From NCBI GenBank assembly GCA_040757625.1, contig JBFLWU010000008.1, positions 7,865 through 71,864 of the forward strand: a DNA stretch of 64,000 nucleotides, in the 5' to 3' direction. This stretch comes from Thermodesulfobacteriota bacterium. Its GTDB lineage: Bacteria > Desulfobacterota > Desulfobacteria > Desulfobacterales > JARGFK01. A model generated the notes under the pieces. That model did no database searches. It was not told where the DNA came from and saw nothing but the letters and a program-made list of their open reading frames with translations. Shown piece after piece: positions 46,401 through 53,501 of this stretch (within the stretch, counting starts at the first letter, position 1; the number at the start of each line of letters is the position of its first letter). Made by a program: the position numbers and the translations under genes.

Positions 46401-46970
46401 GCCGGCGGCAGCCCTGTCAGCGTCAAAGGCTATGATCCCATCCTGGGGCGTCCCGTGGAAATCGAGGCCGATCTGGTGGTCCTTTCCATGGGGGTGGTGC
46501 CCGGCCTGCCGGCGGACTTGGCGGCGTCCCTGGGAACTTGTCTGGATCAAGACGGTTTTTTTCAGGAGGCTGAGGCCAAATGGCGACCGGTCGACGCCAT
46601 CAAGGAAGGCATATTCGCCTGCGGGCTGGCGCACTCGCCCCGTTCCATCGCCGAGGCGGTTACCACCGCTGAAGCGGCGGCCCAGCGCACCCTTCGGATT
46701 CTGTCGCAAAAATTTCTACCGGCCGGAAAAATTGTGGCCGGGGTCCATCATGCCCTGTGCAGCCTGTGCCAACGCTGTATCGATGCCTGCCCCTACGGCG
46801 CTCGCACCCTGGATGAGGACGTGGAAAAAGTCTTGGTAAACCCCGTGATGTGCCAGGGCTGCGGTTCCTGCGCCGCTGTTTGTCCCAACAGCGCATCGTT
46901 TTTGGAGGGATTTCATGAAGAACAGATGTTTGAGACGATCGACGCCGCCTTGGAGGGAACTTTCGGATAG
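43497..46970 (+). CDS. tandem HdrA-like flavoprotein with embedded response-regulator receiver domain (1157 aa)
   Basis: FAD fold VVGAGISGIRAALD, 2x CxxCxxCxxxCP, REC at aa about 189-306 (RILVVDDE, LMLLDIKMPEMDG, VVMMTAY, DYLIKPF), then TSLEFERL / IQCVGSRD / CSNVCCM. A second HdrA module follows (ICTCG, GACLPC, IVGGGIAGMTAALA, QCVESRE, CSRICCSSALK, terminal 2x[4Fe-4S]). Confidence 0.87.
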   Translation: MKKKVGTALVVGAGISGIRAALDLAENGYGVKLIDRSPHLGGILTQLDYQFPTNRCGMCKMLPLVDRDASSQYCLRKGLFHENIEILTSTELVSVAGESGNYRVKLRQKPSWVDPELCVGCGACVPVCPVEVPDAFNAALARRKAIYLPVPHAIPNPFAIDVTACTRCGACEAVCPTGAIRLSDQERKMFRILVVDDELIVRDSLKAWLDDEEGFMVDTAESGPDALDKLTKNSYQLMLLDIKMPEMDGVEVLRKTKDILPDIQVVMMTAYATVETSVEAMKIGALDYLIKPFDPETLVPKILQLYEDLETSRAREVEVGALVLCGGSSYYNPADGKNTFGYKNLPGVITSLEFERLISGTGPCQGRLTRPEDGKPIRKIAWIQCVGSRDLQSSADFCSNVCCMIAVKEALLAREKFGEAVETTVFYMDMRTFGKSYQRYRNAAEKTHGVHFERGRVHSVIRDGTTDQNGEDLSVRYADAGGAIRDERFDMVVLAVGQRPVAGTIELSKQLDIPLNPWGYCQTEPFSMTKTGKDGIVVGGAYSGLKDISESVIQASAAALSASRAIHSVGGSLALETEPAPEQAGLARELPRTLVAICTCGDALSEFARSLELSARLQSDPAVSAVEFVDRICTAAGWETLLQVVEKHRPNRILIGACLPCVYAPKIKALAGRAGLNPSLTDVVDIRSPAFETLDPEKPADTKHIIAMMASALLTGLARLKRVDPSPVATIKVQQQALIVGGGIAGMTAALAIADHGFHVDLIEKEDRPGGNLTWLRGTLEGQAVKPLLDGTLAKVEKHPLIEVRTQTHVVGAYGQVGNFFTTIENQDGRTDTLRHGVIILATGGAEAIPSAYHYGESDVIITQKELEQKLDRNEIDPLKLESVVMIQCVESREEPRNYCSRICCSSALKHALALKQINPEIEIFIYYRDMMSYGFMETYFTRARQAGVIFIQYDPMQKPEVIPATEAAGGSPVSVKGYDPILGRPVEIEADLVVLSMGVVPGLPADLAASLGTCLDQDGFFQEAEAKWRPVDAIKEGIFACGLAHSPRSIAEAVTTAEAAAQRTLRILSQKFLPAGKIVAGVHHALCSLCQRCIDACPYGARTLDEDVEKVLVNPVMCQGCGSCAAVCPNSASFLEGFHEEQMFETIDAALEGTFG

Positions 46971-47002
46971 AAGCCATCCTAAAAATAGCCGATGACGTTT
47001 AA

Positions 47003-47102
47003 GGGCAAGGCGCAAGCGGCTCAACCGAGCTTATCGCAGGCCGACGAAAAAGCGCAGCATACCCGAAAATATGGGAGCATTTCCAGGAGGTTTGCAGCGC
47101 AG
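47003..47102. repeat. intergenic repeat, family A, inside the Hdr operon
   Basis: gggcaaggcgcaagcgg...gacgaaaaagcgcagcatac...atatgggagcatttcc...gtttgcagcgcag is collinear with the 7037-7112 core. Lies in the hdrA-REC/hdrC spacer. Confidence 0.65.
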
Positions 47103-47167
47103 ATATGGAGCGTTGAAATAGCTTCCAATAAAAATTGCGACATTTTATTCATCACTGAGGATTGACC

Positions 47168-47740
47168 ATGAATCAACCGGAGCTTAAGCAAAAAGAAAAC
47201 ACACCGAATTCTCTGCCGGATCCGCTGGTATCGGTCCAGAATATGATCAAAGCCTGTATCCAGTGCGGTACCTGTACGGGTTCCTGTCCCAATGCCTTTG
47301 CCATGGATCCGACCCCGCGCCAGTTGTGGCGCAGGGTCCTGCTGGGGCAAACGGACGAAATATTCAGGAGCCAGACATTCACGCTGTGTTCAGCCTGTTA
47401 TTATTGCACCCTGCGGTGCCCCCGGGGCCTGCCGTTGACCGAGGCCATGGGTGCGCTCAAGCAGATCGCCGTCCGCGATGACCTGAAACGATACAAAAAG
47501 AGTATTCGGTTCTACAAAAGCTTTCTCAGCAGCGTTCGCCGCCATGGTCGCGTGCATGAGATGGAGTTTATGACTCTTTATTTCCTGTCCATGAAAAGTC
47601 CGTTTCTGCCGCTTAAGTTTACCCCCCTTGGACTGCGCCTGATGGGTAAAAGAAAAGTCGGCGTCGAAATCCCGTCCCGGAAACCGAATCCTTTGGACGC
47701 CATTTTCCGCAAGGTCGAAGAGATGGAGGAGCGCTCATGA
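47168..47740 (+). CDS. hdrC: heterodisulfide reductase subunit C-like (2x[4Fe-4S])
   Basis: CIQCGTCTGSCP and CSACYYCTLRCP with HdrC-type spacing. ATG 47168 behind gagga. Confidence 0.85.
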   Translation: MNQPELKQKENTPNSLPDPLVSVQNMIKACIQCGTCTGSCPNAFAMDPTPRQLWRRVLLGQTDEIFRSQTFTLCSACYYCTLRCPRGLPLTEAMGALKQIAVRDDLKRYKKSIRFYKSFLSSVRRHGRVHEMEFMTLYFLSMKSPFLPLKFTPLGLRLMGKRKVGVEIPSRKPNPLDAIFRKVEEMEERS

Positions 47741-48666
47741 AATATCTCTACTATCCTGGTTGTTCACTGGAAGGAACCGCCCTGGAGTACAATGAATCCA
47801 CCAAGGCATTCATGCGGGCCGTGGGCGCGGAACTGATCGAACTGGATGACTGGACCTGCTGCGGCGCCACCGCCGTCGAATCGGTCAGCCGCCTGTTGGC
47901 CCTGGCGCTGCCCGCCAGAAATATCGCGTTGGCGGAAAAAATGGATGATTCCAAAGATATCCTCGTCCCGTGCAGCGCCTGCTACCTGAACCTGAAAAAA
48001 GTAGAAGAAAAAACCCGCAAGGAACCCGAACTTCAAAAAAAACTGAACGAAATTTTAAGCATAGAACAACTGCGACTGCAAGGCAAAGTCCGGGTCCGGC
48101 ATCTTCTGGACGTGGTTGCCAATGACCTGGATCCCACGGTCCTTCGGAGCCGGGTTCAACAATCCTTTTCCGGATTTAAGATTGCGCCGTATTACGGCTG
48201 TCAGTGCCTTCGCCCTTACCGGGTTTTTGACGATCCGGAAGACCCGCGTTCCATGGAACCGCTGATTGAAGCAACCGGGGCGGAAGTATTTTCCTGGGAC
48301 ATGGGAGGCAGGTGCTGCGGCGCCTCCCATATGAATACCAAAATGGAGGTGGGGCTCAGCCTGGTAGCCGCCATATTGAAACAGGCCAAAGGGGCTGATG
48401 CCGTCATTACGGTCTGTCCCATGTGCCAGATGAACCTGGAGGCATATCAGCGCAGGGCTGCAAAACAATTAAATGAAGATCTGGACATCACCATACTCTA
48501 TCTGCCGCAGCTCTTGGGACTGGCCATTGGCTTGTCGGAAAAGGACCTGCGCCTCGACTTGAACCTGTCACTAAAAAAGCAGTTTCGTGAAAAGCTGAAC
48601 GATAGACCTGTTCTTCCGGAAAACGCAGCCGAAAGCAGCCGGCAGACCGTTTTAACCAACGCCTGA
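47737..48666 (+). CDS. hdrB: heterodisulfide reductase subunit B-like (two CCG domains)
   Basis: YYPGCSLEG...WTCCGAT...PCSACYLN and YYGCQCLRP...RCCGASH...VCPMCQMN. ATGA overlap with hdrC. Confidence 0.88.
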   Translation: MKYLYYPGCSLEGTALEYNESTKAFMRAVGAELIELDDWTCCGATAVESVSRLLALALPARNIALAEKMDDSKDILVPCSACYLNLKKVEEKTRKEPELQKKLNEILSIEQLRLQGKVRVRHLLDVVANDLDPTVLRSRVQQSFSGFKIAPYYGCQCLRPYRVFDDPEDPRSMEPLIEATGAEVFSWDMGGRCCGASHMNTKMEVGLSLVAAILKQAKGADAVITVCPMCQMNLEAYQRRAAKQLNEDLDITILYLPQLLGLAIGLSEKDLRLDLNLSLKKQFREKLNDRPVLPENAAESSRQTVLTNA

Positions 48667-48693
48667 AAAAGAGGTTATGTCGGGGACCCTCTA

Positions 48694-50982
48694 ATGAAAG
48701 GTGCTTTCACGTCGTTTAATAATTTGCGCCACAGCCTGGGATTTAAGCTGATTTTAACCGTCGGCGTCACCCTGCTGCTGTCCATCGGGATCTGGGCTTT
48801 CTTTAACATCAAGTACCAGCAGGCGAAGCTCATATATCATATCGTTGCCGATGCCGACCGGTTGAGCCACACCATCATCCTTGGCACGCACGATGCCATG
48901 CTGCACGACTCAAGAGGCGATATCGCCCGGATCATCGAAAACATCGGTCGGCAAAAAGAACTTCGCGCCTTACGAATCTACAATAAAGACGGGGTGGTAA
49001 AGTATTCGAGCCGGCCGGCCGAGATTGACCAAGCCGTTGATATCCAGGCAAGAGTCTGTTCGGTATGTCATCTCTCGAGTCCGCCGCTGTCTCAGGTTGA
49101 TTTGGCAAAACGGGCCTGGTTTACCACCACGCCGAAAGGGTCGCGCCAGATGGAGATCGTTACGCCGATCCGGAACGAACCCCGGTGCACCTCCGGTCCT
49201 TGCCATATCCATTCGGGTGAAAAAAAATTTTTAGGCGCATTGAACTTAATTTTTTCCCTTGAGCAGACTGAAAAAGAGATCCTCCATCTTGAAAAAGGAA
49301 TCATTGCGCTGGCGGGTTTCGTTTTTCTGGTAACCTCCACGATTATTTTTGTTTTCGTGATGAGATTCGTCAATCTCCCCATCAAGAAGCTGATCATCGG
49401 CACCCACCGGATTGCCAAAGGAAATTATCTCGGCCAGGTGGACATTTCCGGGCCAGACGAAATGGGGCAATTGGCAGCCGCCATAAACAAAATGGGTCAA
49501 GAAATCTGGGAAAATCAGGCGGAGCTCAACCGTCAACGAAACGAATACCAATCGCTCTTTGACCATGTCCCCTGCCTGATTACCGTGCAGGACAAAGACT
49601 ACCGTCTGATCGGGGTTAACCGCGAATTTTCTGAAAAGTTCAGGCCGACCCTGGGCGAATACTGCTACCAGGTCTACAAGGGACGCAGCAGTAAGTGCAG
49701 TGAGTGTCCGGTCGAACAGACCTTTAAAGACGGAATGTCACATTATGCGGAAGAAACCGGTTCAGATAAGGATGGAACGGTGACCCACTGGATCGTAAAA
49801 ACAGCGCCCATTCGCAATATCAACGGAGAGATTGTCGCCGCCATGGAAATGAGCGTGGACATCACACACAGCCGGATGCTTGAAGAAAAACTGGAAGAGT
49901 CGGAAAGGAAATATCATGAAATTTTCAATAATATGCCCAATCCAGCCTTTGTTCTGGATGGGCATAAGCTGCAAATTTTAGACTGCAACCAGCGTGTAAA
50001 AAATATTTACGGCTTCAGCAGGGAAGAGTTGATTCAAACCTCATTTCTCGATCTCTTTAAGGATAAAGAAATGGGAGCGAATACCTTAAAAATCAGAAAC
50101 TCCAGCGTACTGCATCAGGCGACGCACCTGAGAAAGACCGGTGAGACCATTTATGTGGATATCTGGATCTCGCCGCTGATATACGAAGGACAATTGGTAT
50201 TTCTGGTGACCACCAGCGATATCACCCAGCGGCTTGAAACCGAACAGCAGCTCATCCAGGCCGGTAAAATGGCCACCCTTGGCGAAATGGCCACCGGTGT
50301 GGCCCATGAGCTGAACCAGCCCCTTTCGGTTATCAAAACCGCCAGCAGCTTTTGCATCAAAAAGATTCAAAAAAACGAAGAAATAGCCGATAAAACCCTC
50401 TTCACCATGCTGAATAAAATAGACGGCAATGTCGACCGGGCTACCAAAATTATCACGCATATGCGACAATTCGCCAGAAAGACTGATATGAACCTGGTGA
50501 AAGTGCAGATCAACGACATCCTGCAGCGGGCCTTCGAGATTTTCAGCCAGCAGTTGAAGCTGAGAGGAATTGAAGTCGCCTGGCATTTGGCGCCGGATCT
50601 ACCGCTCGTCACAGGTGACCCCGACCGGCTGGAGCAGGTATTTATCAACCTGATCTTAAACGCCAGAGAGGCCATGGAGGAAAAATCAGCCTCCATGGCC
50701 GCAGAAAGCATTGAGAAAAGAATAACGCTTAAAACAGCCGCAAATGGGGAAAAGGTTACCGCTGAAGTCTGTGACACGGGAATCGGAATCCCCAAGGCGG
50801 TTGCGGACAAAATTTTCGAACCGTTCTTCACCACCAAAGAAGTGGGGAAAGGGACCGGGCTGGGGCTCTCTATTAGTTATGGTATCGTTAAAGACTGCGG
50901 CGGAACCATTCGGGTCAAATCAGAAAGCGGCCAGGGAGCGTGTTTTATCATAACGTTTCCTCTGCCAAACAAGGCGCAATGA
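48694..50982 (+). CDS. sensor histidine kinase: TM - periplasmic heme-c-type domain - TM - HAMP - PAS(Cys4) - PAS - HisKA - HATPase
   Basis: Two TM helices flank about 165 aa carrying CSVCH (CxxCH) and CTSGPCH (CX4CH). HAMP follows, then PAS with VPCLITVQD...CYQVY...CSECP. H-box VAHELNQPLS, then NLILNAREAM, DTGIGIP, GTGLGLS. Confidence 0.88.
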   Translation: MKGAFTSFNNLRHSLGFKLILTVGVTLLLSIGIWAFFNIKYQQAKLIYHIVADADRLSHTIILGTHDAMLHDSRGDIARIIENIGRQKELRALRIYNKDGVVKYSSRPAEIDQAVDIQARVCSVCHLSSPPLSQVDLAKRAWFTTTPKGSRQMEIVTPIRNEPRCTSGPCHIHSGEKKFLGALNLIFSLEQTEKEILHLEKGIIALAGFVFLVTSTIIFVFVMRFVNLPIKKLIIGTHRIAKGNYLGQVDISGPDEMGQLAAAINKMGQEIWENQAELNRQRNEYQSLFDHVPCLITVQDKDYRLIGVNREFSEKFRPTLGEYCYQVYKGRSSKCSECPVEQTFKDGMSHYAEETGSDKDGTVTHWIVKTAPIRNINGEIVAAMEMSVDITHSRMLEEKLEESERKYHEIFNNMPNPAFVLDGHKLQILDCNQRVKNIYGFSREELIQTSFLDLFKDKEMGANTLKIRNSSVLHQATHLRKTGETIYVDIWISPLIYEGQLVFLVTTSDITQRLETEQQLIQAGKMATLGEMATGVAHELNQPLSVIKTASSFCIKKIQKNEEIADKTLFTMLNKIDGNVDRATKIITHMRQFARKTDMNLVKVQINDILQRAFEIFSQQLKLRGIEVAWHLAPDLPLVTGDPDRLEQVFINLILNAREAMEEKSASMAAESIEKRITLKTAANGEKVTAEVCDTGIGIPKAVADKIFEPFFTTKEVGKGTGLGLSISYGIVKDCGGTIRVKSESGQGACFIITFPLPNKAQ

Positions 50983-52148
50983 ACCAAAATCAAAAAAAAG
51001 CTCCGGTTTTACTGGTAGATGATGAAGAAGATATCCGTGACGTTTTGGGGATATCCTTATCAGATTGCGGCTATGATATCATCATGGCTGAAAATGGCGA
51101 AACAGGCTTGCGCCTGTTCCGGGAAATTAATCCGCAGATTGTCCTGACAGACATTAAAATGCCCGGCATGGACGGAATTGAGCTGCTGCGAAGGATCAAA
51201 TTCGAAAATCAGGACACGGAAGTCATCATGATCACTGGTCATGGAGACATGGATCTGGCCATTGAAAGCCTTAAACATGAAGCCACCGATTTTATCACCA
51301 AACCGATCAATGTGAATGCCCTAGAAATTTCGCTGAAACGGGCCCACGACAAGATTCGTATGCGGGAGCAATTGCGAGAATATACCCAAAACCTTGAACA
51401 GCTGGTGCGCGAAAAGACCGAGTTGCAGGATCACCTGTCATCTCTGGGTCTGATGATCAGCTCCATTTCGCACGGCATCAAGGGGCTCTTAACCGGCCTG
51501 GACGGCGGGATGTATCTGCTCGATTCGGGTTTCGCCAAGCAAAAACAGGATCAAATCCAGGAAGGCCTCGATGTTGTTAAGATCATGGCTGAACGCATCC
51601 GCAAGATGGTCATGGATATTCTCTATTACGCCAAGGAGCGCAACCTGTCCTGGGAGCGCGTCAACGTCTTAAGCTTTGCAAATGAGGTCACCCAGACGGT
51701 GGCACCGAAATTCAAGAAGCAGGGTATCAAACTGGTCTGTGAATTCGATCCTTCGTTGGATGAGTTTGAGATCGATCCCGGTTCGGTCCATGCGGCCCTG
51801 ATCAACATCCTGGACAACGCTGTGGATGCCTGTGTCAACGACAAATCCAAAGAGGCTCACCAAGTCCGCTTTAACGTCAAAGATGATAAAGATCACATTG
51901 TATTCTTCATATCCGACAACGGTATCGGTATGGATGCCGAGACCCGTGAAAAAATCTTTACGCTTTTTTTCTCGTCCAAAGGGAAGAAGGGAACGGGATT
52001 GGGCTTGTTTATTTCCGATCGGATCATCAAGCAGCACGGCGGAACAATTGAGGTCAGTTCGACTCCCGGAAAAGGATCCAAATTCAGTATTAATATTCCA
52101 AAAATAATCCCCAAGGCCGTGAGGCGACCCCATAATTCAGGCGCTTAA
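50979..52148 (+). CDS. hybrid receiver-histidine kinase (REC - HisKA-like - HATPase)
   Basis: Start MNQNQKK with ATGA overlap onto the upstream kinase. REC (LLVDDEEDIRD, VLTDIKMPGMDG, DFITKP). H-region SISHGIKGLLTG, then NILDNAVDAC, DNGIGMD, GTGLGLF. Confidence 0.88.
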   Translation: MNQNQKKAPVLLVDDEEDIRDVLGISLSDCGYDIIMAENGETGLRLFREINPQIVLTDIKMPGMDGIELLRRIKFENQDTEVIMITGHGDMDLAIESLKHEATDFITKPINVNALEISLKRAHDKIRMREQLREYTQNLEQLVREKTELQDHLSSLGLMISSISHGIKGLLTGLDGGMYLLDSGFAKQKQDQIQEGLDVVKIMAERIRKMVMDILYYAKERNLSWERVNVLSFANEVTQTVAPKFKKQGIKLVCEFDPSLDEFEIDPGSVHAALINILDNAVDACVNDKSKEAHQVRFNVKDDKDHIVFFISDNGIGMDAETREKIFTLFFSSKGKKGTGLGLFISDRIIKQHGGTIEVSSTPGKGSKFSINIPKIIPKAVRRPHNSGA

Positions 52149-52159
52149 AAATGAACTCT

Positions 52160-52179
52160 CCCCGCAGCAAGTTGCGGGG
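52160..52179 (+). terminator. stem-loop after the operon end (terminator-like, no U-tract)
   Basis: ccccgcag-caag-ttgcgggg begins 12 nt after the stop at 52148. A related ccccgc.gcaag motif recurs at about 52235 and about 55902. Confidence 0.4.
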
Positions 52180-52317
52180 TACCACGTCGGTTCAAAATAG
52201 TTTAGCCGATAGTAAGGAAATTTTTCTTTGTTTTATCCATCCCCGCTGCAAGCAATAAGGAATTCCAAGTTAAACAGAAATAGCCGCCTTTTTTCATTCC
52301 GATTTCCAATTTCGTTA

Positions 52318-52390
52318 TTATGATCATATGAGCATATTATCTCTTGACAGTTTGATTCATAATATTTATATTATGCTCAAATGATCATAA
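52318..52390 (+). promoter_or_regulatory. sigma-70-type promoter bracketed by a 19-bp inverted repeat (operator candidate)
   Basis: ttatgatcatatgagcata (52318-52336) and tatgctcaaatgatcataa (52372-52390) match 18/19 as an inverted repeat. Between them lies TTGACA (52344-52349) - 17 nt - TATATT (52367-52372). Confidence 0.55.
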
Positions 52391-52405
52391 CAAAGGAATT
52401 CGCTT

Positions 52406-52732
52406 GTGCCCAGACCCAAAAAAACCAGATTTGTATCAGCCTATCCGGTCATTGCGGCCTTTGTCCCCCACGGCATGCCCATCACCGGTGAAGTTTCCAT
52501 GTCCATCGAGGAGCTAGAAGCTGTCCGGCTCAGTGATTTTGAGAACCTGGACCAAGAAACCGCTGCCGGCATGATGGAGGTCTCCCGCCATACCTTCGGC
52601 CGAATTCTATCAGATGCACGCAAAACCATCGCCGAAGCCCTGGTTACCGGAAAGGCACTGAAAATAGCGGGGGGTGTCTATGAACTCCGGGGTATGGGAA
52701 GGCGCCGCCGCAGAAGGGGGCGAGGATGGTAG
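52406..52732 (+). CDS. DUF134 (UPF0251) family HTH protein
   Basis: MPRPKKTRFV N-terminus, EELEAVRLSDFENLDQETAAGMMEVSRHTFGRIL (sigma-70 region-4-like HTH). GTG start. Confidence 0.8.
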   Translation: MPRPKKTRFVSAYPVIAAFVPHGMPITGEVSMSIEELEAVRLSDFENLDQETAAGMMEVSRHTFGRILSDARKTIAEALVTGKALKIAGGVYELRGMGRRRRRRGRGW

Positions 52733-52827
52733 CGTATAGAGGCTAAATAAGATTAAAATTTTTAAGCGGACGCCATGTTTCTCTATTCCAACCCGGACAA
52801 TAAACAAAAAACAAGGAGGTGGAAGAG

Positions 52828-53112
52828 ATGCCCAAAAAAGACGGAACCGGACCCCAGGGCCGGTGTTCCAAGACAGGAAGAGGCCTGGGTCGATGCAATT
52901 CAACAGGCCAGGCATCCGTCCGGCCGGGACAAGGCGGCATGGGGCCTGGTCGAGGAGCCGGCCGGGGTCGGGGACAAGCAACCGGGCAGGGCGCCGGTCG
53001 CGGCCAAGGAAAAGGCTGTGGCAGGCAGCAATACACACTTAACCAAAGGATAGAGGAGGTGATACAATGCCAGGATTTAACAGAACAGGACCTGTGGGGG
53101 CCGGCCCTATGA
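52828..53112 (+). CDS. DUF5320-like Gly/Arg-rich small protein (short form)
   Basis: MPKKDGTGPQGR..TGRGLGRC matches the DUF5320 N-terminal pattern. Strong RBS aaggagg. The G/R-rich tail is low complexity, so the 3' end is uncertain. It overlaps the next gene by 46 nt. Confidence 0.55.
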   Translation: MPKKDGTGPQGRCSKTGRGLGRCNSTGQASVRPGQGGMGPGRGAGRGRGQATGQGAGRGQGKGCGRQQYTLNQRIEEVIQCQDLTEQDLWGPAL

Positions 53113-53429
53113 CCGGTGGACGTAGAGGCTTTTGTAATCCTGCAACAGTCGGATTTTTACCGTTTTACGGCGGCTATGGCTATGGTCGCGGTCTTGCGAT
53201 GAGAAGAGGCTTCAGGGGCGGTTACGGAACCGGCCCGGGGCGTGGGTTTGGCCGTGGATATGGGTGGTATCCTCCCACTGCCGCTCCGTTTTATCCACCG
53301 GTTTATCCGATGGGCGCAACCAGCGAAATCGACAGGCTCAAGGAGCAGGCCAACTATATGAAAGACTCGCTAGATGAGATCAATCGCCGGATTGACGCAC
53401 TGGAAAAAGGTTCGGCTGCGCCATCTTAG
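53067..53429 (+). CDS. DUF5320 family protein
   Basis: MPGFNRTGPVGAGPMTGGRRGFC, a G/R/Y-rich middle, and a C-terminal coiled coil (IDRLKEQANYMKDSLDEINRRIDALEK). RBS agaggagg. Confidence 0.78.
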   Translation: MPGFNRTGPVGAGPMTGGRRGFCNPATVGFLPFYGGYGYGRGLAMRRGFRGGYGTGPGRGFGRGYGWYPPTAAPFYPPVYPMGATSEIDRLKEQANYMKDSLDEINRRIDALEKGSAAPS

Positions 53430-53501
53430 CATATCGATTGTGGGGCAGGGGCAGATAACTTTCGGGGTGGTCAAATCGCCACTTCCCATTTATATAAAAG
53501 G

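Noticed and set aside
52160-52260. ccccgc(a/c)gcaag motif copies (about 52160, about 52235, about 55902) as a fourth repeat family.
   Set aside because: The shared core is only about 12-15 nt and GC-rich. The similarity is too short to distinguish from chance without a genome-wide count. Only the first copy is listed, as a stem-loop.
52743-53053. Alternative-frame ORFs over the first DUF5320-like gene: 52775-53053(+), 52743-53036(-), 52610-53038(-).
   Set aside because: The G/C-rich low-complexity DNA is open in several frames. Only the 52828 frame has a strong RBS and the DUF5320 N-terminal motif MPKKDGTGPQGR. The 3' end of that gene remains uncertain.
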